A stretch of DNA of 34,651 nt from a virus (lineage: Duplodnaviria; Caudoviricetes). Made by a program: the position numbers and the translations under genes. The stretch lies in IMG/VR virus record IMGVR_UViG_3300043443_000352, positions 1 through 34,651 of that record; one strand, given 5' to 3'. The notes under the pieces were generated by a model. It had not been told where the DNA came from and ran no database searches. It saw nothing but the letters and a program-made list of their open reading frames with translations. This document shows, in pieces, positions 28,659-34,651 of this stretch; position 1 is the stretch's first letter; each line of letters opens with the position of its first letter.

Positions 28659-31337
28659 GTGGAAATTAGTGCCTGGGACGCCGCTAATGGCCGTCTACTG
28701 AACGCTGCAAAATGGTATGCCCAGAATGGGTGGCACGTACTTCCAGTCCATGGAATTCAGGGCGGAAAATGTACCTGTGGTAAATCACACATGGACGCCA
28801 AAGAGCGAGGCAAGCACCCAGCTTCTTCCAGCGGTCAGAAAGATGCCACAACTGACATCTCAAAGATCGAGCAGTGGTGGTCAGAAAATCCAGAGTTCAA
28901 CATTGGCATGTATGCTGCTCCGTCAGGGTTTTTTGTAATTGACATTGACCCTCGACACGACGGAGACAAGTCGTTCGAGAAGCTAATGGAACGTGCACTA
29001 GGCGAGCTCCCACCGACTGTAGAAGCAATAACTGGAGTTTGGGGAGAACGAGGAACTAGGGGTAGGCACTTAATCTACCGTTGCTCGCCTAATGAGAAAT
29101 TTATAGGTAACTTCAATAAAGAAGGTCTGCCTGGCATTGACGTAAAGCACAACGGATATGTGTTAATTGCTCCGTCTCGTCACGCTTCTGGCGTGTGCTA
29201 TGAGTGGAAGCCAGGACATGCTCCGTGGGAGATAGAAGTTGCAGAAGCTCCTGAAGAGCTTCTAGCTGTTATTAGGGCAAAAAGCCTAAGAAGCAATGGC
29301 ACTAGTACTTCTTACCAAACTGGCAGTTGGGATTTCCTATATGACCTAACAGTCAAGGGTGAAAAATTAGACATTGATGCGATGCTCTCGGAAGGTCTTC
29401 AGGAAGGCGAACGCGCAATTGGTCTATATAAATTAGCCTGTGGTCTTGCAAACAAGTTCGGCACAGATGAAGCTGGTCGCCACGCTGTAGAGTCAACTAT
29501 GCTTCGGTTTAACGCCGAGATGGTAAACCCACCTATGCACGTTGAGGGTCAAAATGGCGTGCTAATGCACACCCGCAGAGCACTCGACTGGGTCTCAAAT
29601 AACCCTAAATATGACCTATTTTGGAACGATCTAAGCGACTGGGTAAAAACTCAAGGGATGTCTTGGGCAGGAGATATAACTAAAGCATTCTCAGAGCCAA
29701 CTACGTCTAAAACTGCATTTGACTACAGCACCAGCCTAATAGTCACAACTGACGATGACAGTGTTAGCGCACCAATAGCTAATGCAGTCGGCGAGCAGAT
29801 GACATCATTTGCAGCTCAAGGTAAGGGGCTAAAAGAGGTTGCTCTAGGTGGAAATCTAAATCTACCTAAAGACGTAGACTCGCTCTCAGAAGAAGCTGGT
29901 GGACGCCCTGGCTATCGAAGCCTCACAGACGTGGGTAACGGTCGAAGACTCGTTGATTCCTTTGGGGCTGGAATTCGTTACACTCCCAACGTAGGTTGGT
30001 TTGTCTGGGATGGCAACTATTGGAAGCCAGATATGCAGATGAAGTCAATCAAAGAAGTAACCAAAATGGTTTCTACGGTCGTGGCTAGCGAGGTTGCCCT
30101 TTATGCTGCAGATGACCCTAGGGCAGCTGATCTTGTTAAGCACGCAAATAAAGCGAAGTCTAACTCAGCGATTGAAAACATGATTGCTCAGGCTTCATCC
30201 GATCAACGTATACAAGTTGCCGTAGAGGAATGGGACAATAACCCGTATCTACTAGGTGTTAAGAATGGTGTTGTTGATCTTCGAACTGGCGAACTAAAAG
30301 CTGGTAGACCAGATCTACATCTGACAAAGCGATCTCCTATTTCGTATACTCCTGGTCTACGTAACATCCGCTGGGAAGCATTCTTGAATGAAGCAACCAA
30401 GGGCGATGTAGAGCTACAAGAATGGCTACAGCGAGCAGTTGGTTATACCCTAACTGGTCTAAATAGCCAAGACATCATGTTTATGATTTACGGTCCTCCT
30501 GGATCTGGTAAGAACACGTTCATCGAAACTGTGTTTGAAGCTCTAGGTAAGTCCGAGTACGCATGGGCATTGGACTCGAACATTCTTGCTCTCGGTGACC
30601 GAATCAGCTCTACAGATGAGTACCACATGGCTGAGTTGCGTGGTCGCCGTATGATCTGGGTTGACGAGTTGCCAGAGTCCGAGCGCATCAAGGAGAACCA
30701 GGTTAAGAAGCTAACTGGTTCTGGAACTATTCAAGGACGCTCGCCTGGTGAGCGACCTATCCAGTTCACATCTCAAGGTAAGCTTTGGATCTCTACCAAC
30801 CACAGACCCATCATTACTGATGATGCTATGTGGCGTCGTATGCGTCCAATTCCTCTTACCAATAAGCCAGAGAAGCCAGATACAACTCTTAAGCCATACC
30901 TAGCTGACCCAGAGGGAGCCCTTCCAGCTGTACTGAGCTGGGCTATTGATGGTGCAGTTAAATATCTATCATCTAGTCAGCTTGATCCTCTGGGCTGGTG
31001 TGCAGTGGTTAAGGAAGCTCACGACGCCTACAAGAAGAACGAGGATCGAATTGGTGCTTTCTTGGAGGAAGAGGCCAGAGAGTCAGAAGGTGGAAGCCTC
31101 AATCTGAGTGAACTCTACAGACTCTACAGCCTGTGGAGCAATTCGCGTGGAGAGAAGCCCCTGTCTCAGATTGGCTTTACTAGAAAACTATCTGATAGAG
31201 GTTTGACTATTGAAGGAACTGGAACTAGAGCAGTGATGCGAGGATATATCATGATGCCTCGAGAGGTGCCTCAGGCTCCTGTGGTAGACTTTAGTAGCCA
31301 CGCTAAGTACGCGGCAGCAACAGCACCGCAAATCTAG
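28659..31337 (+). CDS. Bifunctional DNA primase/polymerase (Prim-Pol) fused to D5/P4-family SF3 helicase
   Basis: GWHVLPV..C.CG..GKHP, VIDID, RGRHLIY and GYVLIAPS (Prim-Pol); LTDVGNGRRL and LLGVKNGVVDLRTG (D5_N); Walker A GPPGSGKNT; Walker B IWVDE; VKKLTG; STNHRP..DDAMWRR. Confidence 0.93.
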   Translation: MEISAWDAANGRLLNAAKWYAQNGWHVLPVHGIQGGKCTCGKSHMDAKERGKHPASSSGQKDATTDISKIEQWWSENPEFNIGMYAAPSGFFVIDIDPRHDGDKSFEKLMERALGELPPTVEAITGVWGERGTRGRHLIYRCSPNEKFIGNFNKEGLPGIDVKHNGYVLIAPSRHASGVCYEWKPGHAPWEIEVAEAPEELLAVIRAKSLRSNGTSTSYQTGSWDFLYDLTVKGEKLDIDAMLSEGLQEGERAIGLYKLACGLANKFGTDEAGRHAVESTMLRFNAEMVNPPMHVEGQNGVLMHTRRALDWVSNNPKYDLFWNDLSDWVKTQGMSWAGDITKAFSEPTTSKTAFDYSTSLIVTTDDDSVSAPIANAVGEQMTSFAAQGKGLKEVALGGNLNLPKDVDSLSEEAGGRPGYRSLTDVGNGRRLVDSFGAGIRYTPNVGWFVWDGNYWKPDMQMKSIKEVTKMVSTVVASEVALYAADDPRAADLVKHANKAKSNSAIENMIAQASSDQRIQVAVEEWDNNPYLLGVKNGVVDLRTGELKAGRPDLHLTKRSPISYTPGLRNIRWEAFLNEATKGDVELQEWLQRAVGYTLTGLNSQDIMFMIYGPPGSGKNTFIETVFEALGKSEYAWALDSNILALGDRISSTDEYHMAELRGRRMIWVDELPESERIKENQVKKLTGSGTIQGRSPGERPIQFTSQGKLWISTNHRPIITDDAMWRRMRPIPLTNKPEKPDTTLKPYLADPEGALPAVLSWAIDGAVKYLSSSQLDPLGWCAVVKEAHDAYKKNEDRIGAFLEEEARESEGGSLNLSELYRLYSLWSNSRGEKPLSQIGFTRKLSDRGLTIEGTGTRAVMRGYIMMPREVPQAPVVDFSSHAKYAAATAPQI

Positions 31338-31345
31338 GGAGAACT

Positions 31346-32179
31346 ATGAAGATCTTTATTGCCACGCCTATGTATGGCGGGATTGCAAAGAATAACTACA
31401 CAATTTCATTGCAAAACTTGATTATAAAGCTCTCTCAAGCTGGGCACAGTATCACCACTACCACCGTGGGCAACGAAAGTTTGATTACTCGTGCCAGAAA
31501 CACCCTGACTCACAAGTTCATGATCTCGGACTCTGACGCTCTACTTTTCATTGATGCAGATCATGGGTGGAATGCCGATGACGTAGTCAAAATGATTGAA
31601 TCAGGTAAAGACTTTATTGGTGCTATCTACCCAATGAAAGGCATCAACTGGGACAACGTAAAGTTGGCAGCTCAGCTCAACAAGCCAAACCTAGAAGCTT
31701 ATTCAGGACACTTTGCAATAAATTTTCTAGATGAAGAGCAAAAGTTTCAAGTAGACCAGCCATTCAAGGTAAAAGATATTGGCACTGGAATGCTGTTTTT
31801 GACTAGAAAAGTATTTGACACACTAAAGCCCCACTGCAAGCAGTACAGAAATAACAATGTTGGCAATACTGGTATTGAATTTGGCGACATGGTCACCGAG
31901 TATTTCACAACCTTTATTGATGAAAACGATATTCTACTCTCAGAAGACTATGCACTATGCAGAATGTGGCAAGCTCAGGGCGGAGAAGTCTATGCGGCCC
32001 CGTGGGTTCGCATCACCCATTCTGGGGATTACACCTTCTCTGGGCAGTTCGTCAACATGGTAGAGATTAACCAAGAACGACGCTTATTGTTGGAGAAGAT
32101 TGCATCCGAAATGGGGCAACCTCCTGCAGATATAGTAGAAAATTCTACAGTAGCAGAAATTAAAGAACCTTTAGATTAG
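31346..32179 (+). CDS. GT-A fold glycosyltransferase-like protein (phage type)
   Basis: KIFIATPMYGG, NESLITRARN, DxD motif LLFIDAD, IGTGMLFL, LSEDYALC, ITHSG. Confidence 0.8.
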   Translation: MKIFIATPMYGGIAKNNYTISLQNLIIKLSQAGHSITTTTVGNESLITRARNTLTHKFMISDSDALLFIDADHGWNADDVVKMIESGKDFIGAIYPMKGINWDNVKLAAQLNKPNLEAYSGHFAINFLDEEQKFQVDQPFKVKDIGTGMLFLTRKVFDTLKPHCKQYRNNNVGNTGIEFGDMVTEYFTTFIDENDILLSEDYALCRMWQAQGGEVYAAPWVRITHSGDYTFSGQFVNMVEINQERRLLLEKIASEMGQPPADIVENSTVAEIKEPLD

Positions 32180-32232
32180 TGAGAAAATAGTTACTAAGGG
32201 AAGTTCCCTAGAACAACCGAGGTAACTTAATA

Positions 32233-32349
32233 GTGGCTAATCCAAAAGAATACTCGTGCGCGGTATGCGCAAAGCATCATGTTGTCCCGTCTCTTGCCAG
32301 AGACTGTGAGAAAAAACACGAAGTTATTATTCTTAAAAAAGCTGGCTAA
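32233..32349 (+). CDS. 38-aa zinc-finger-like micro-protein (not in ORF track)
   Basis: GAGGT RBS, GTG start. MANPKEYSCAVCAKHHVVPSLARDCEKKHEVIILKKAG contains C-x2-C-x12-C-x3-H. Confidence 0.6.
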   Translation: MANPKEYSCAVCAKHHVVPSLARDCEKKHEVIILKKAG

Positions 32350-32401
32350 TCTCGCATATTTGTAGTAGCATAGTCTCAACCCTTAGTTTAAGGAGAGGAC
32401 T

Positions 32402-32668
32402 ATGGCTCTAGCTGAACGTTTACAAGTAGCTAATCAGAACTACCAAAACACGTTTTTGTGTAAGCTGATGAAGATTACCCTGGACGATAAACTTTCCGAG
32501 AGTGACATAGACGCCCTCATAAAAATTATCAACTCACGCCCTTTTGACGAGGCCCATGTGCCGAATGTGAGACTATCACAAGCGCTTCGCGAAGAGGGGT
32601 ATGATATAAGTGCGAGTGCCGTAGACAGACATAGACGTGGCGACTGCTCGTGTTATAGGCTGAAGTAG
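32402..32668 (+). CDS. Small HTH-like protein with Cys/His cluster
   Basis: Strong RBS AAGGAGAGG. NVRLSQALREEGYDISASAVDRHRRGDCSC resembles a helix-turn-helix with putative Zn ligands. Confidence 0.65.
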   Translation: MALAERLQVANQNYQNTFLCKLMKITLDDKLSESDIDALIKIINSRPFDEAHVPNVRLSQALREEGYDISASAVDRHRRGDCSCYRLK

Positions 32669-32676
32669 GGAGAACT

Positions 32677-33876
32677 GTGAGCCTTTCTGAGAAACTAGAA
32701 AAACTTCGTATGCCTGGACAAAGTGGTTCAGACGTTAGAGTAACTAAGACGCCAGAGGATTGGCGTCCAAGAATGGATATCGACACCCTAAAAGGTGGAT
32801 TTGTTGTAGGCACACCTCGCCCAGAAGGCGAAGTAGTAGACGCCGATACTATTCTTCAAGAGTTTGATCTAAGCCCAGACGAGTGGCGTGTAACATCCAT
32901 GCGTCGCGGTAAGTGGCAGAGATATGATGGCGACTATTTACACTCGGTAAGAGTAAATGTTGTTCCAGCAATTGGTTCCGCTGGCGACGCGCTAGACGTA
33001 GAGAAGCTGGCAGACCAGATTAAGAAGTGGCGTCCAGCTAAGAATATTAAGAAGTCAACTGGGGATGGTGCTTATGTTATCGCAGCTGCTGATCAGCAGA
33101 TCGGTAAGAAAGCCAACGGACACGGATCAGAACACTCGGTAGAGAGAATACTGGGATTAACGGAGAGGGCAGTACAGAGATTTGAAACTTATAAAAAAGC
33201 TGGCATTGCTCCTGGCACTATATGTCTTGCGCTACTCGGTGACCACGTCGAAGGCAATGTCAGCCAAGGTGGACGACTCCAAGGACTAGCCGCATCTGAC
33301 TTAGGACTTACAGAGCAGACAAGAGTCGCTCGACGACTTCTCCTCGCTCAGATCAAAGCCCTGGCCCCTCTAGTAGACCGACTAGTTGTACCCGTCATCA
33401 ACGGAAACCACGATGAAGTGACCCGCCAGGTAGCTGCAGACCCAGCGGATGGTTGGAATGTCGAGATCGCCTCTGCCGTGCAGGACATCTGTGCAGAGAA
33501 TCCAGAACTGTCTCACGTCGAGTTCCGCTATCCAAGTTCTGGACATCAGACACTTACCGTAGACATTGAAGGAACAATGCTTGGCTTGTTCCACGGCCAC
33601 CAGGCAAATCAGAATAATGTTCTCAAGTATCTCTCCCAGCAGGCAGCTGGCCAGACTGCACTTGGTGGCGCAGATGTTTGGATTTCTGGGCACTTCCACA
33701 ATTTCCGCACTATGGACATCGGTGACAGACTGTGGCTACAGGCTCCGACAACTGACCCAGGGTCAGAGTGGTTCCGTGACCGTGCTGGTATGGAATCCAA
33801 GCCAGGTCTTCTAACTATGATTATCGGCGGAAGCTACGAGCCGAGAGAGTTTATTAGCGTACTAGCGGTTAAATGA
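32677..33876 (+). CDS. Calcineurin-like metallophosphoesterase (possible nuclease)
   Basis: Motifs in canonical order: ADQQIG, LLGDHVEG, INGNHDE, FHGH, SGHFH. Confidence 0.8.
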   Translation: MSLSEKLEKLRMPGQSGSDVRVTKTPEDWRPRMDIDTLKGGFVVGTPRPEGEVVDADTILQEFDLSPDEWRVTSMRRGKWQRYDGDYLHSVRVNVVPAIGSAGDALDVEKLADQIKKWRPAKNIKKSTGDGAYVIAAADQQIGKKANGHGSEHSVERILGLTERAVQRFETYKKAGIAPGTICLALLGDHVEGNVSQGGRLQGLAASDLGLTEQTRVARRLLLAQIKALAPLVDRLVVPVINGNHDEVTRQVAADPADGWNVEIASAVQDICAENPELSHVEFRYPSSGHQTLTVDIEGTMLGLFHGHQANQNNVLKYLSQQAAGQTALGGADVWISGHFHNFRTMDIGDRLWLQAPTTDPGSEWFRDRAGMESKPGLLTMIIGGSYEPREFISVLAVK

Positions 33877-34651
33877 TGGTTAAAGTAGCTGTTTACACTA
33901 TTGCATTAAACGAAGAAAAATTTGTAGAAAGATGGTATGAAAGCGCGAAAGACGCTGACTACCTCTTAATTGCAGATACAGGTAGTACAGATGGTACCCG
34001 TGAAACTGCAATTAAGCTCGGAATCAACGTAATAGATATTTCTATCAAACCTTGGCGTTTTGATGATGCAAGAAATGCCTCGCTGGCAGCCCTTCCAGCT
34101 GATATTGACATGTGTGTGCAGTTAGACATGGATGAGATCCTTCTGCCAGGATGGCGACAAGAAATTGAAAACGCCGTTACGCAAGGTGCAACTCGAATTC
34201 GATACAACTATACCTGGAACTGGAAAGACGCGGAGGAAACTATCCCCGCTACAACCTTTGGTGGAGATAAAATTCATGCTAGGTACGGCTATAGGTGGAA
34301 GCACCCAGTTCACGAGGTTATTGTGCCTTACGCTGGTACTCAGGAGAAGCAGGTTTGGACAAAGCTGGAGCTTCATCACCACCCAGATAACACTAAATCT
34401 AGAGGACAGTACCTGCCGCTTTTAAAGCTATCCACAGAAGAAGATCCAAGCGATGATAGAAATGCTTTCTACTACGCAAGAGAGCTCTTCTTCTATAGAC
34501 AGTATGAAGATGCTGCGAGAGAATTTAAACGCCATCTAGAGCTTCCTACAGCCGTATGGGCACCAGAACGCGCAGCATCCATGAGATATCTAGCAAAAAT
34601 TGAAAAAGATAATAAAGAGCATTGGCTAATGTCAGCTCACATGGAAGCACC
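33873..34651 (+). CDS. GT2-family glycosyltransferase with TPR-like C-terminus (3' truncated; not in ORF track)
   Basis: Open from ATG 33873 to the window end: VAVYTIALNEEKF..ADYLLIADTGSTDGT..WRFDDARNASL..LDMDE..WKHPVHE..DDRNAFYYARELFFYRQYEDA. Confidence 0.88.
   Translation, partial: MMVKVAVYTIALNEEKFVERWYESAKDADYLLIADTGSTDGTRETAIKLGINVIDISIKPWRFDDARNASLAALPADIDMCVQLDMDEILLPGWRQEIENAVTQGATRIRYNYTWNWKDAEETIPATTFGGDKIHARYGYRWKHPVHEVIVPYAGTQEKQVWTKLELHHHPDNTKSRGQYLPLLKLSTEEDPSDDRNAFYYARELFFYRQYEDAAREFKRHLELPTAVWAPERAASMRYLAKIEKDNKEHWLMSAHMEA

Noticed and set aside
32197-32209. Hairpin AGGGA-AGT-TCCCT after the glycosyltransferase
   Set aside because: Only a 5-bp stem and no U-tract.

Overview
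This window looks like part of a large tailed-phage genome, probably infecting an Actinomycetota host. The host call is inferred from leaderless-type promoters, an actinophage-like NGGSSL membrane protein and a Prim-Pol/SF3 primase-helicase. No capsid, terminase, integrase, RNA gene or CRISPR array is visible. Layout: (i) 1-6718, a chain of fibre/virion genes (two with Mtd-type N-termini) ending in a two-FN3-domain protein with a 74-aa (PPYF/PPFF)n tail; (ii) 6790-16616, twelve 2OG-Fe(II) dioxygenases (eleven prolyl-4-hydroxylase-like) plus two DUF6065-like genes; (iii) 16718-28026, a collar-like gene, four Gly-X-Thr collagen-like fibre genes and a second protein with the same PPFF-PPYF-PPYF repeat in different codons; (iv) 28037-end, a membrane protein, primase-helicase, two glycosyltransferases (one GT2+TPR, truncated), a small zinc-finger ORF missing from the ORF track, an HTH-like protein and a metallophosphoesterase. 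The most interesting hypothesis, which is inference only, is a phage-encoded system that hydroxylates and then glycosylates its own proline/aromatic-repeat and collagen-like virion proteins.
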